64,000 nucleotides of DNA from Squalus acanthias (taxonomy: Eukaryota): the NCBI GenBank assembly GCA_030390025.1, contig JASTWF010000361.1, positions 186,001 to 250,000 of the forward strand, read 5' to 3'. Each line of letters begins with the position of its first letter. Within the stretch, counting starts at the first letter, position 1. The position numbers were made by a program, and so were the translations under genes. Below, piece after piece: positions 34,401 to 49,400 of the stretch. The notes beneath the pieces are model-generated. The model ran no database searches and had not been told where the DNA came from. It saw only the letters and a list, made by a program, of their open reading frames with translations.

Positions 34401-37400
34401 CAATCCAGAGATTGGACTAGTAATCCAGAGGCTTGGACTGGTTCACCAGAGGCCTGGGCTAGTAATCCAGAGGCTGGGCTAGTAATCCAGAGGCCTGGCC
34501 TAGTAATCCAACGGCCTGGTCCATTAATCCAGAGGCCTGGTCTTGTAATCCAGAGGCCTGGACGAGTAATCCAGAGGCCTGGTCCATTAATCCAGAGGCC
34601 TGGACTAGTAATCCAATGGCCTGGACTCGTAATCCAGAGCCTGGGCTAGTAATCAAGAGTCCTGGGCTAGTAATCCAGAGGCTGGGCTAGTAATCCAGAG
34701 GCCTGGACTATTAATCCAGTGACCTGGGCTAGTAATCCAGAGGCTGGACTAGTAATCCAGAGGCTGGGCTAGTAAACCATGTGCTGGGCTGGTAACCAGA
34801 GGCCTGGGCTAGTAAACTGGAGGCTGGACTAGTTATCCAGAGGCTGGGCGAGTAATGCAGAGGCTGGGCTAGTAATCAAGTGGCCTAGACTAGTAATCCA
34901 GAGGCTGGTCTAGTAATCCAGTGGCCTGGCTATTAATCCAGAGGCCTGGACAAGTAATCCAGAGGCTGGGCTAGTAATCCAGAGGTTGGGCTAGTAATCC
35001 AGAGGCCTGGGCTAGTAATCCAGAGGCCTGGGCTGGTAATCCAGAGGCTGGACTAGTAATCCAGTGGCTGGGCTAGTAATCCAGATGCTGGGCTAGTAAC
35101 CAGAGGCCTGGGCTAGTAAACTGGAGGCTGGACTAGTTATCCAGAGGCTGGGCTAGTAATGCAGTGGCTCGGCTAGTAATCTAGAGGCCTAGACTAGTAA
35201 TCCAGAGGCTGGGCTAGTAATCCAGTGGCCTGGCTAGTAATCCAGAGGCCTGGACTTGTAATCCAGAGGCTGGGCTAGTAATCCAGAGGTTTTGCTAGTA
35301 ATCCAGAGGCCTGGGCTAGTAATCCAGAACTCATAGCTCGTATTCCAGAGGCCTGGGCTAGTAATCCAGAGGTATGGGCTAGTAATCCAGAGGCCTGCTA
35401 TAGTAATCCAAGGCTGGGCTAGTAATCCAGAGTACTGGGCTAGTAATCCAGAGGCCTGGGCTAGTAATCCAGAGGCCTGCTATAGTAATCCAAGGCTGGG
35501 CTAGTAATCCAAAGTACTGGGCTAGTAATGCAGAGGCCTGGGCTAGTAATCCAAGGCTGGGCTAGTAATCCAGAGGCCTGGACAAGTAATCCAGAGACTG
35601 GGCTAGAAATCCAGAGGTTGGGCTAGTAATCCAGAGGCCTGGGATGGTAATCCAGAGGCTGGGCTAGTAATCCAGAGGCCTGGGCTGGTAATCCAGAGGC
35701 TGGACTAGTAATCCAGTGGCTGGGCTAGTAATCCAGATGCTGGGCTAGTAACCAGAGGCCTGGGCTAGTAAACTGGAGGCTGGACTAGTTATCCAGAGGC
35801 TGGGCTAGTAATGCAGAGGCTGGGCTAGTAATCTAGAGGCCTAGACTAGTAATCCAAAGGCTGGGCTAGTAATCCAGTGGCCTGGCTAGTAATCCAGAGG
35901 CCTGGACAAGTAATCCAGAGGCTGGGCTAGTAATCCAGAGGTTGGGCTAGTAATCCAGAGGCCTGGGATGGTAATCCAGAACTCACGGCTCGTATTCCAG
36001 AGGCCTGGGCTAGTAATCCATTGGTCTGGGCTAGTAATCCAGAGGCCTGCTATAGTAATCAAAGGCTGGGCTAGTAATCCAGAGTACTGTGCTAGTAATC
36101 CAGAGGCCTGGCCAATAATCCAAGGCTGGGCTAGTAATCCAGAGGATGGGCTAGTAATCCAGAGGGCTGGGCTAGTAACCTGGAGGCCTGGATTAGTAAT
36201 CCACAGGCCTGGGCTAGTAAACAAGAATATTGTTCTAGTAATTCAGAATCCTAGGCTAGTAAAACAGAGGCTGGGCTAGTAATCTAGAGGCCTGGGCTAG
36301 TAATCCAGAGGCCTGCTATAGTAATCCAAGGCTGGGCTAGTAATCCAGAGTGCTGGGCTAGTAATCCAGAGGCCTGGGCTAGTAATCCAGAGGTTGGGCT
36401 AGTAATCCAGAGGCTGGGCTAGCAATCCAGAAACCTGTGCTAGTAATCCAGAGACCTGGGCGAATAATCCAGAGACCAGGAGTTGTAATCCAGAGGCCGA
36501 GGCTAGTAATCCAGAGGCTCGACCAGTAATCCAGAGGTCTGGGCCAGTAATCCAGAGGCTGGGGAAGTAATCCAGAGGTCTGGGCTTGTAATTCACAGGC
36601 CTGGACTAGTAATCCAGAGGCCTGGGCTAGTAATCCAGAGGCTGGACTGGTAATCCAGAGGCCGGGAATAGTAATCCAGAGGCCTGGACTAGTAATCCAA
36701 TGTCCTGGACTAGTAATCTAGAGACTGGACTAGTAATCCCGTGGCTGGGCTAGTAATCCAGAGGCCAGTATTAGTAATCCAGAGGCCTGGGCTTGTAATC
36801 TAGAGGCCTGGGCTAGTAATCCAGAGGCTGGATTAGCAATCCAGAGATCGGACTAGTAATCCAGAGGCTTGGACTGGTTCACCAGAGGCCTGGGCTAGTA
36901 ATCCAGAGGCTGGCCTAGTAATCCAACGGCCTGGCCCATTAATCCAGAGGCCTGGCCTTGTAATCCAGAGGCCTGGACGAGTAATCCAGAGGCCTGGCCT
37001 TGTAATCCAGAGGCCTGGACTAGTAATCCAATGGCCTGGACTCGTAATCCAGAGCCTGGGCTAGTAATCCAGAGTCCTGGGCTAGTAATCCAGAGGCTGG
37101 GCTAGTAATCCAGAGGCCTGGACTATTAATCCAGTGACCTGGGCTAGTAATCCAGAGGCTGGACTAGTAATCCAGAGGCTGGGCTAGTATACCATGTGCT
37201 GGGCTAGTAACCAGAGGCCTGGGCTAGTAAACTGGAGGCTGGACTAGTTATCCAGAGGCTGGGCTAGTAATGCAGAGGCTGGGCTAGTAATCAAGTGGCC
37301 TAGACTAGTAATCCAGAGGCTGGTCTAGTAATCCAGTGGCCTGGCTAGTAATCCAGAGGCCTGGACAAGTAATCCAGAGGCTGGGCTAGTAATCCAGAGG

Positions 37401-40400
37401 TTGGGCTAGTAATCCAGAGGCCTGGGCTAGTAATCCAGAGGCCTGGGCTGGTAATCCAGAGGCTGGACTAGTAATCCAGTGGCTGGGCTAGTAATCCAGA
37501 TGCTGGGCTAGTAACCAGAGGCCTGGGCTAGTAAACTGGAGGCTGGACTAGTTATCCAGAGGCTGGGCTAGTAATGCAGTGGCTCGGCTAGTAATCTAGA
37601 GGCCTAGACTAGTAATCCAGAGGCTGGGCTAGTAATCCAGTGGCCTGGCTAGTAATCCAGAGGCCTGGACTTGTAATCCAGAGGCTGGGCTAGTAATCCA
37701 GAGGTTTTGCTAGTAATCCAGAGGCCTGGGCTAGTAATCCAGAACTCACGGCTCGTATTCCAGAGGCCTGGGCTAGTAATCCAGAGGTCTGGGCTAGTAA
37801 TCCAGAGGCCTGCTATAGTAATCCAAGGCTGGGCTAGTAATCCAGAGTACTGGGCTAGTAATCCAGAGGCCTGGGCTAGTAATCCAGAGGCCTGCTATAG
37901 TAATCCAAGGCTGGGCTAGTAATCCAAAGTACTGGGCTAGTAATGCAGAGGCCTGGGCTAGTAATCCAAGGCTGGGCTAGTAATCCAGAGGCCTGGACAA
38001 GTAATCCAGAGGCTGGGCTAGTAATCCAGAGGTTGGGCTAGTAATCCAGAGGCCTGGGATGGTAATCCAGAGACTTGGCTAGTAATCCAGAGGCCTGGGC
38101 TGGTAATCCAGAGGCTGGACTAGTAATCCAGAGGTTGGGCTAGTAATCCAGACGCCTGGGATGGTAATCCAGAACTCACGGCTCGTATTCCAGAGGCCTG
38201 GGCTAGTAATCAATTGGTCTGGGCTAATAATCCAGAGGCCTGCTATAGTAATCCAAGGCTGGGCTAGTAATCCAGAGTACTGGGCTAGTAATCCAGAGGC
38301 CTGCTATAGTAATCCAAGGCTGGGCTAGTAATCCAGAGTGCTGGGCTAGTAATCCAGAGGCCTGGGCTAGTAATCCAGAGGCTGGGCTAGTAATCCAGAG
38401 GCTGGGCTAGCAATCCAGAAACCTGTGCTAGTAATCCAGAGACCTGGGCGAATAATCCAGAGACCAGGAGTTGTAATCCAGAGGCCGAGGCTAGTAATCC
38501 AGAGGCTCGACCAGTAATCCAGAGGTCTGGGCCAGTAATCCAGAGGCCGGGCCTAGTAATCCAATGGCCTGGACTAGTAATCCAGAGACTGGACTAGCAA
38601 TCCAGTGGCTGGGCTAGTAATCCAGAGGCCTTGGCCAGTAATCCAGAGGCCTGTGCTAGTAACCAAAGGCCTTGGCTAGTAATCCAGTGGCCTGGGCTAG
38701 TAATCCAGAGGCTGGGCTAGTAATCCATGGCCTGGACTAGTAATGCAGAGGCCTGGGCTAGTACTCCAGAGGCCTGGGCTAGTAGTCCAGAGGCCTGGGC
38801 TAGTAATCCAGAGGCCTGGACTAGTAATCCAGCGGCCTGAGCTAGTAATCCAGATTTTGCGTCTAGTAATCCAGAAGCCCCGGCAAGTAATCCAGAGGCT
38901 GGGCTAGTAATCCAGAGGCTGGGCTAGTAATCGAGAGGGCTGGGCTAGTAATCCAGAGGCCTGGACTAGTAATCCACAGGCCTGGGCTAGTAAACAAGAA
39001 TATTGATCTATTAATTCAGAATCCTGGGCTAGTAAAACAGAGGCTGGGCTAGAAATCCAGAGGCCTGGGCTAGTAATCCAGAAGTCTGGGCTAATAATCC
39101 AGAGGCCTGGGCTAGTAATCCAGAGGTCTGGGCTGGTTATCCAGAGGTCTGGGGTAGTAATCCAGAGGCTGGGCTAGTAATCCAGAGTCCTGGGCTAGTA
39201 ATCCAGAGGCCTGGGATAGTAATCCAGAGGCCTGGGCTAGTAATCCAGAGGTCAGGGCTAGTAATCCAGAGGCTGGGAAGTAATCCAGAGGCTGGGTTAG
39301 TAATCCAGCATCCTGGGCTAGTAATCCAGAGGCCTTGGCTAGTAATCCAGAGGCTGGACTAGTAATCCAAAGGCCTGGTTTAGTAATCCAGAGGCATGGA
39401 ATAGTAATCTAGAGGCCAGTTATAGTAATCCAGAGGCCTGGGCTTGTAATCCAGAGGCATGGGCTAGTAATCCAGAGGCTGGACTAGCAATCCTGAGCCT
39501 GGACTAGTAAACCTGAGCCTTGGACTAGTTCACCAGAGGCTTGGGCTAGTAATCCAGAGGCTGCGCTAGTAATCCAGAGGCCTGGGCAAGTAATCCAGAG
39601 GCTGGGCTAGTAATCCAGAGGCCTGGACTATTAATCCAGGGGCCTGGGCTAATAATCCAGAGGCTGGACTAGTAATCCAGAGGCTGGGCTAGTAATGCAG
39701 AGGTGGGGCTAGCAATCTAGAGGCCTAGACTAGTAATCCAGAGGCTGGGCTAGTAATCCAGTGGCCTGGCTAGTAATACAGAGGCTTGGACTAGTAATCC
39801 AGAGGCTGGTCTTGTAATGCAGAGGTTGGGCTAGTAATCCAGAGGCCTGGGCTGGTAATCCAGAGGCTGGGCTAGTAATCCACAGGCCTGGGCTGGTAAT
39901 CCAGTGGCTGGGCTAGTAATCCAGATGTTGGGCTAGTAATCCAGAGGCCTGGGCTAGTAATCCAGAGGTTGGACTGGTAATCCAGAGGCCGGGAATAGTA
40001 ATCCAGAGGCCTGGACTAGTAATCCAATGTCCTGGACTAGTAATCTAGAGACTGGACTAGTAATCCCGTGGCTGGGCTAGTAATCCAGAGGAATTGGCTG
40101 GTAATCCAGAGGCCTGGGCTAGTAATCCAGAGTCCTGGGCTAGTAATCCAGAGGCTGGGCTAGTAATCCATGGCCTGGACTAGTAATGCAGAGGCCTGGG
40201 CTAGTAGTGCAGAGGCCTGGGCTAGTAGTCCAGAGGCCTGGGCTAGTAATCCAGAGGCCTGGACTAGTAATCCAGCGGCCTGTGCTAGTAATCCAGAGGT
40301 CGCGTCTAGTAATCCAGGAGCCTTGTCAAGTAATCCAGAGGCTGGGCTAGTGATCCAGAGGCTGGGCTAGTAATCCAGAGGGCAGGTCTGGTAATCCAGA

Positions 40401-43400
40401 GGCCTGGACTATTAATCCAGAGGTCTGGGCTAGTAAACAAGAATATTGTTCTATTAATTCAGAATCCTGGGCTCGTAATCCAGAGGCTGGACTGGTAATC
40501 CAGAGGCCGGGCCTAGTAATCCAATGGCCTGGACTAGTAATCCAGAGACTGGACTAGCAATCCAGTGGCTGGGCTAGTAATCCAGAGGCCTTGGCCAGTA
40601 ATCCAGAGGCCTGGGCTAGTAACCAAAGGCCTTGGCTAGTAATCCAGTGGCCTGGGCTAGTAATCCAGAGGCTGGGCTAGTAATCCATGGCCTGGACTAG
40701 TAATGCAGAGGCCTGGGCTAGTAGTCCAGAGGCCTGGGCTAGTAGTCCAGAGGCCTGGGGTAGTAATCCAGAGGCCTGGACTAGTAATCCAGCGGCCTGA
40801 GCTAGTAATCCAGAGGTCGCGTCTAGTAATCCAGAAGCCCCGGCAAGTAATCCAGAGGCTGGGCTAGTAATCCAGAGGCTGGGCTAGTAATCCAGAGGGC
40901 TGGGCTAGTAATCCAGAGGCCTGGGCTAGTAATCCAGAAGTCTGGGCTAATAATCCAGAGGCCTGGGCTAGTAATCCAGAGGTCTGGGCTGGTTATCCAG
41001 AGGTCTGGGGTAGTAATCCAGAGGCTGGGCTAGTAATCCAGAGTCCTGGGCTAGTAATCCAGAGGCCTGGGATAGTAATCCAGAGGCCTGGGCTAGTAAT
41101 CCAGAGGTCAGGGCTAGTAATCCAGAAGTCTGGGCTAGTAATCCAGAGGCTGAGCTAGTAATCCAGAGGCTGGACTAGTAATCCAGTGGTCTGGGCTAGT
41201 AATCCAGAGGCCTGGGCTAGTAATCCAGAGGCCTGGACTAGTAATCCAGAGGCTGGGAAGTAAACCAGAGGCTGGGTTAGTAATCCAGCATCCTGGACTA
41301 GTAATCCAGAGGCCTTGGCTAGTAATCCAGAGGCTGGACTGGTAATCCAAAGGCCTGGTTTAGTAATCCAGAGGCATGGAATAGTAATCTAGAGGCCAGT
41401 TTTAGTAATCCAGAGGCCTGGGTTTGTAATCCAGAGGCATGGGCTAGTAATCCAGAGGCTGGACTAGCAATCCTGAGCCTGGACTAGTAATGCTGAGCCT
41501 TGGACTAGTTCACCAGAGGCTTGGGCTAGTAATCCAGAGGCCTGGACTTGTAATCCAGAGGCCTGGACTAGTAATCCAATGGCCTGGGCAAGTAATCCAG
41601 AGGCTGGGCTAGTAATCCAGAGGCCTGGACTATTAATCCAGGGGCCTGGGCTAATAATCCAGAGGCTGGACTAGTAATCCAGAGGCTGGGCTAGTAATGC
41701 AGAGGTGGGGCTAGTAATCTAGAGGCCTAGACTAGTAATCCAGAGGCTGGGCTGGTAATCCAGTGGCCTGGCTAGTAATCCAGAGGCATGGACTAGTAAT
41801 CCAGAGGCTGGTCTTGTAATGCAGAGGTTGGGCTAGTAATCCAGAGGCCTGGGCTGGTAATCCAGAGGCTGGGCTAGTAATCCACAGGCCTGGGCTGGTA
41901 ATCCAGAGGCTGGGCTAGTAATCCAGAGGTTGGGCTAGTAATCCAGAGGCCTGGGCTAGTAATCCAGAGGCTGGGCTAGTAATCCAGAGGCTGGGCTAGC
42001 AATCCAGAAACGTGTGCTTGTAATCCAGAGACCTTGGCGAATAATCCAGAGACCAGGAGTTGTAATCCAGAGGCCAAGGCTAGTAATCCAGAGGCTCGAC
42101 CAGTAATCCAGAGGTCTGGGCCAGTAATCCAGAGGCTGGGCTAGTAATCCAGAGGTCTGTGTTTGTAATTCAGAGGCCTGGACTAGTAATCCAGAGGCCT
42201 GGGCTAGTAATCCAGAGGCTGGACTGATAGTCCAGAGGCCAGGCCTAGTAATCCAGAGGCCTGCACTAGTAATCCAATGGCCTGGACTAGTAATCCAGAG
42301 ACTGGTCTAGTAATCCAGTGGCTGGGCTAGTAATCCAGAGGACTTGGCTGGTAATCCAGAGGCCTGGGCTAGTAATCCAGAGGCTGGGCTAGTAATCCAT
42401 GGCCTGGACTAGTAATGCAGAGGCCTGGGCTATTAGTGCAGAGGCCTGGGCTAGTAGTCCAGAGGCCTGGGCTAGTAATCCAGAGGCCTGGACTAGTAAT
42501 CCAGAGGTCGCGTCTTGTAATCCAGAGGCTGGGCTAGTAATCCAGAGGCTGGGCTAGTAATCCAGAGGCTGGGCTAGTAATCCAGAGGGCTGGGCTAGTA
42601 ATCCAGAGGCCTGGACTTGTAATCCACAGGCCTGGGCTAGTAAACAAGAATATTGTTCTATTAATTCAGAATCCTGGGCTAGTAATCCAGAGGCTGGACT
42701 GGTAATCCAGAGGCCGGGCCTAGTAATCCAATGGCCTGGACTAGTAATCCAGAGACTGGACTAGCAATCCAGTGGCAGGGCTAGTAATCCAGAGGCCTTG
42801 GCTAGTAATCCAGAGGCCTGGGCTAGTAACCAAAGGCCTTGGCTAGTAATCCAGTGGCCTGGGCTAGTAATCCAGAGGCTGGGCTAGTAATCCATGGCCT
42901 GGACTAGTAATGCAGAGGCCTGGGCTAGTAGTCCAGAGGCCTGGGCTAGTAGTCCAGAGGCCTGGGCTAGTAATCCAGAGGCCTGGACTAGTAATCCAGC
43001 GGCCTGTGCTAGTAATCCAGAGGTCGCGTCTAGTAATCCAGAGGGCTGGGCTAGTAATCCAGAGGCCTGGATTTATAATCCACAGGCCTGGGCTAGTAAA
43101 CAAGAATATTGTTCTATTAATTCAGAATCCTGGGCTAGTAAAACAGAGGCTGGGCTAGAAATCCAGAGGCCTGGGCTAGTAATCCAGAAGTCTGGGTTAA
43201 TAATCCAGAGGCCTGGGCTAGTAATCCAGAGGTCTGGGCTGGTTATCCAGAGGTCTGGGGTAGTAATCCAGAGGCTGGGCTAGTAATCTAGAGTCCTGGG
43301 CTAGTAATCCAGAGGCCTGGGATAGTAATCCAGAAGCCTGGGCTAGTAATCCAGAGGTCAGGGCTAGTAATCCAGAAGTCTGGGCTAGTAATCCAGAGGT

Positions 43401-46400
43401 TTAGCTAGTAATCCAGAGGCTGGACTAATAATCCAGTGGTCTGGGCTAGTAATCCAGAGGCCTGGGTTAGTAATCCAGAGGCCTGGACTAGTAATCCAGA
43501 GGCTGGGAAGTAATCCAGAGGCTGGGTTAGTAATCCCGCATCCTGGGCTAGTAATCCAGAGGCCTTGGCTAGTAATCCAGAGGCTGGACTAGTAATCCAG
43601 AGGCCTGGTTTAGTAATCCAGAGGCCTGGAATAGTAATCTAGAGGCCAGTTTTAGTAATCCAGAGGCCTGGGCTTGTAATCCAGAGGCATGGGCTAGTAA
43701 TCCAGAGGCTGGACTAGCAATCCAGAGCCTGGACTAGTAATCCAGAGGCTTGGACTAGTTCACCAGAGGCTTGGGCTAGTAATCCAGAGGCTGGGCTAGT
43801 AATCCAGAGTCCTGGACTTGTAATCCAGAGGCCTGGACTAGTAATCCAATGGCCTGGACTCGTAATCCAGAGACTGGGCTAATAATCCAGAGGCGGGGCT
43901 AGTAATCTAGAGGCCTAGACTAGTAATCCAGAGGCTGGGCTAGTAATCCAGTGGCCTGGCTAGTAATCCAGAGGCTTGGACTAGTAATCCAGAGGTTGGT
44001 CTTGTAATCCAGAGGCTGGGCTAGTAATCCAGAGGCCTGGGCTGGTAATCCAGAGGCTGGGCTAGTAATCCAGAGGCCTGGGCTGGTAATCCAGAGGCTG
44101 GGCTAGTAATCCAGAGGTTGGGCAAGTAATCCAGAGGCCTGGGCTAGTAATCCAGAACTCACGGCTAGTATTCCACAGGCCTGGGATAGTAATCCAGAGG
44201 CCTGGGCTAATAATCCAGTGGTCTGAGCTAGTAATCCAGAGGCCTGGGCTAATAATCCAGAGGTCTGGGCTAGTAATCCAGAGACCTGGGCGAGTAATCC
44301 AGAGACCTGGAGTAGTAATCCAGAGGCCGCGGCTAGTAATCCAGAGGCTGGATCAGTAATCCAGAAGCTGGGCTAGTAATCCAGATGCCTGGGCTAGTAA
44401 TCCAGAGGCTGGGATAGTAATTCATGGCCTGGACTAGTAATGCAGAGGCCTGGGCTAGTAGTGCAGAGGCCTGGGCTAGTAGTGCAGAGGCCTGGGCTAG
44501 TAATCCAGTGGTCTGAGCTAGTAATCCAGAGGCCTGGGCTAGTAATGCAGAGGCTGGGCTAGTAATCCAGAGGCTGGGCTAGTAATCCAGAGACCTGGGC
44601 GAGTAATCCAGAGACCTGGAGTAGTAATCCAGCGGCCTGGGCTAGTAATCCTGAGGCCTGGACTAGTAATTGTCAGATCTAGACTATTAATACAGAGGCC
44701 TGGGCTAGTAATCGAGAGTCTGTGTTAGTAATCCAGAGGCTGGACTAGTTATCCCGAGGGCTGGGCTAGCAATCGAGAGGCTGGGCTAGTAATCCAATGG
44801 CCTGGACTAGTAATCCAGAGAGACTAGTAATCCAGTGGCTGGGCTAGTAATCCCGAGGCTGTGATAGTAATCCAGAGTCCTGGGCTCGTTACCCCGAGGC
44901 CTTGGCTAGTAATCCAGAGGCTGGGCTAGTAATCCCGAGGCTGGGATAGTAATCCAGAGTCCTGGGCTCGTAATCCAGTGGTGGACTATTAATCCAGAGG
45001 CCTGGTCTAGTAATCCAGAGGCCTGGGCTAGTAATCCAGAGGCCTGGAATAGCAATTATGAGTCCTGGGCTAATAATCCAGAGGCTTGGACTAGTAATCG
45101 AGAGGCCAAGGCTAGAAATTCAGAGGTCTTGACTAGTAATCCAGTTTCCTGGGCTAGTAATCCAGAGGCCTGGACTAGAAATCCATAGACTGGGCAAGTA
45201 ATACAGAGGCCTGGGCTAGTAATCCAATGGCCTGGACTAGTAATCCAGAGACTGGACTAGTAATCCAGAGACCTGGACTAGTAATCCACAGGCCTGGGCT
45301 AGTAAACAAGAATATTGCTCTAGTTATTCAGAATCCTGGGCTAGTAAAACAGAGGCTGGGCTAGAAATCCAGACGCCTGGGCTAGTAATCCAGAAGTCTG
45401 GGCTAATAATGTAGAGGCCTGGGCTAGTAATCCAGAGGCCTGGGATAGTAATCCAGTGGCCAGGGCTAGTAATCCAGAGGTTAGGCTAGTAATCCAGAAG
45501 TCTGGGCTAGTAATCCAGAGGCTGAGCTAGTAATCCAGAGGCTGGACTAGTAATCCAGTGGTCTGGGCTAGTAATCCAGAGGCCTGGGCTAGTAATCCAG
45601 AGGCCTGGGCTAGTAATCCAGAGGCCTGGGCTAGTAATCCTGAGGCTGGGTTGAAAATCCAAAGTCTGGGCTAATAATCCAGAGGCTTGGACTAGTAATC
45701 CAATGGCCTGGACTCGTAATCCAGAGCCTGGGCTAGTAATCCAGAGTCCTGGGCTAGTAATCCACCGGCCTGGGCTAGTAATCCAGAGGCTGGGCTAGTA
45801 ATCCAGAGTCCTGGACTATTAATCCAGGGGCCTGGGCTAGTAATCCAGAGGCTGGGCTAGTAACCAGAGGACTGGGCTAGTAAACTGGAGGCTGGACTAT
45901 TTATCCATAGGTTGGGCTAGTAATGCAAAGGCTGGGCTAGTAATCTAGAGGCCTAGACTAGTAATCCAGAGGCTGGGCTAGTAATCCAGTGGCCTGGCTA
46001 GTAATCCAGAGGCTTGGACTAGTAATCCAGAGGCCTGGGCTGGTAATCCAGAGGCTGGGCTAGTAATCCAGAGGCCTGGGCTGGTAATCCAGAGATTGGG
46101 CTAGTAATCCAGTGGTTGGGCTAGTAATCCAGAGGCCTGGGCTAGTAATCCAGTGGTCTGAGCTAGTAATCCAGAGGCCTGTGCTAGTAATCCAGAGGCT
46201 GGGCTAGTAATCCAGAGGCTGTGCTAATAATCCAGAGGCTGGGCTAGTAATCCAAAGGCCTGGGCTAGTAATCCAGAGACCTGGGCGAGTAATCCAGAGA
46301 CCTGGAGTAGTAATCCAGAGGCCGAGGCTAGTAATCCAGAGGCTGGATCAGTAATCCAGATGCTGGGCTAGTAATCCAGATGCCTGGGCTAGTAATCCAG

Positions 46401-49400
46401 AGGCTGGGCTAGTAATCCAGAGGCCTGGGCTAGTAATCCTGTGGCCTGGACTAGTAATCGTGAGATCTAGACTAGTAATCCAGAGGCCTGGGCTAGTAAT
46501 CGAGAGGCTGTGTTAGTAATCTAGAGGCTGGACTAGTAATCCAGAGGCCTGGGCTAGTAATCCAGAGGCCTGGACTAGTAATCCAGAGGCTGGGAAATAA
46601 TCCAGAGGCTGGGTTAGTAATCCCGCATCCTGGGCTAGTAATCCAGAGGCCTTGGCTAGTAATCCAGAGGCTGGACTAGTAATCCAGAGGCCTGGTTTAT
46701 AAATCCAGAGGCCTGGACTAGTAATCCAGAGGCCAGTATCAGTAATCCAGAGGCTTGGACTAGTTCACCTGAGGCCTGGGCTAGTAATCCAGAGGCTGGG
46801 CTACTAATCCAGAGGCCTGGGCTGGTAATCCAGAGGCTGGGCTAGTAATCCAGAGGCCAGGGCTGGTAATCCAGAGGCTGGGCTAGTAATCCAGTGGTTG
46901 GGCTAGTAATCCAGAGGCTTGGACTAGTAATCCAGAGGCTGGGCTTGTAATCCAGAGGTTGGGTTAGTCATCCAGAGGCCTGCGCTTGTAATCCAGAGGC
47001 TGGGCTAGTAATCCAGATGCCTGGGCTGGTAATCCAGAGACTGGGCTGGTAATCCAGACGTTGGGCTAGTAATCCAGAGGCCTGGGCTAGTAATCCAGAA
47101 CTCACAGCTAGTATTCCAGAGGCCTGGGCTAGTAATCCAGAGGCCTAGGGCTGGTAAACCAGTGGTCTGAGCTAGTAATCCAGAGGCCTGGGCTAGTAAT
47201 CCAGAGGCCTGGGCTAGTAAACCAGTGGTCTGAGCTAGTAATCCAGAGGCCTGGGCTAGTAATCCAGAGGCTGGGCTAGTAATCCAGAGGCTGGGCTAGT
47301 AATCCAGAGACCTGGGCGACTAATCCAGAGACCTCGAGTAGTAATCCAGAGTCCGAGGCTAGTAATCCAGAGGCTGGATCAGTAATCCAGATGCTGGGCT
47401 AGTTATCCAGATGCCTGGGCTAGTAATCCAGAGGCTGGGCTAGTAATCCAGACATCTGGGTTAGTAATTCAGCGGCCTAGACTAGTAATCCAGAGGCCTG
47501 GGCTAGTAATCCAGAACTCACGGCTAGTATTCCAGAGGCCTGGGCTAGTAATCCAGAGGCCTGGGCTAGTAAACCAGTGGTCTGAGCTAGTAATCCAGAG
47601 GCCTGGGCTAGTAATCCAGAGGCTGGGCTAGTAATCCAGAGGCTGGGCTAGTAATCCAGAGGCTGGGCTAGTAACCCAGAGGCCTGGGCTAGTAATCCAG
47701 AGACCTGGGCGACTAATCCAGAGACCTGGAGTAGTAATCCAGAGTCCGAAGCTAGTAATCCAGAGGCTGGATCAGTAATCCAGATGCTGGGCTAGTAATC
47801 CAGATGCCTGGGCTAGTAATCCAGAGGCTGGGCTAGTAATCCAGACATCTGTGTTAGTAATCCAGAGGCTGGACTAGTAATCCAGAGGCCTGGGCTTGTA
47901 ATCGAGAGGCTGGACTAGTAATCCAGTGGCCTGGGCTCGTAATCCAGAGGCCTGGTCTGGTAATCCAGAGGCCTGGGCTAGTAACCCCGAGGCCTTGGCT
48001 AGTAATCCAGAGGCTGGGCTAGTAATCCCGAGTTTGGGATAGTAATCCAGAGTCCTGGGCTCGTAATCCAGTAGGTGGACTATTAATCCAGAGGCCTGGT
48101 CTAGTAATCCAGTGGCCTGTGCTAGTAATCCAGAGGCCTGGAATAGTAATTATGAGTCCTGGGCTAATAATCCAGAGGCTTGGACTAGTAATCGAGAGGC
48201 CAAGGCTAGAAATTCAGAGGCCTTGACTAGTAATCCAGAGACTGGGCAAGTAATACAGAGGCCTGGGCTAGTAATCCAATGTCCTGGACTAGTAATCCAG
48301 AGACTGGACTAGTAATCAAGTGGCTGGGCTAGTAATCCAGACGCCTTGGCTAGTAATCCAGAACCTGGGCTAGTAATCCAGAGGCCTTGGCTAGTAATCC
48401 AGAGGCCTGGGCTAGAAATCCAGAGGCTGGGCTAGTAGTCCAGAGGCTGGATTACTAATCCAGATGCTGGACTAGTTCACTAGAGGCCTGCACTTGTAAT
48501 CCAGAGGCCTGGACTAGTAATCCAATGGCCTGGACTCGTAATCCAGAGCCTGGGCTAGTAATCCAGCAGCCTGGGCTAGTAATCCAGAGGCTGGGCTAGT
48601 AATCCAGAGGCCTGGACTATTAATCCAGGGGCCTGGGCTAGTAATCCAGAGGCTGGGCTAGTAACCAGAGGCCTAGGCTAGTAAACTGGAGGCTGGACTA
48701 TTTATCCAGAGGCTGGGCTAATAATGCAAAGGCTTGGCTAGTAATATAGAGGCCTAGACTAGTAATCCAGAGGCTGGTCTAGTAATCCAGTGTCCTGGCT
48801 AGTAATCCAGAGGCTTGGACTAGTAATCCAGTGGCCTGGGCTGGTAAACCAGAGGCTGGGCTAGTAATCCAGAGGCCTGGACTGGTAATCCAGAGGCTGG
48901 GCTAGTAATCCAGAGGCCAGGGCTAGTAATCCAGAGGTCAGGGCTAGTAATCCAGAAGTCTGGGCTTGTAATCCAGAGGCTGAGCTAGTAATCCAGAGGC
49001 TGGACTAGTAATCCAGTGGTCTGGGCTAGTAATCCAGAGGCCTGGGCTAGTAATCCAGAGGCCTGGGCTAGTAATCCAGAGGTCTGGACTAGTAATCCAG
49101 AGGCTGGGCTAATAATCCAGAGGCCTGGTCTCGTAATCCAGAGGCCTGGGCTAGTAATGCAGTGGCCTGGGCTAGTAATCCAGAGGCCTGGGCTAGTAAT
49201 CCAGAGCTCTGGGCTAGTAATGCAGAAGTCTGGGCTGGTAATCCAGAGGCTGGGCTAGTAATCCAGAGGCTGGGCTAGTAATCCAGAGACATGGGCTAGT
49301 AATCCAGGGGACTGGGATAGTACTCCAGAGGTTGGGCTAGTAATCCAGAGGCCTGGGTTAGTAATCCAGAGGCCTGGGCTAGTAATCCAGAGGCTGGGTT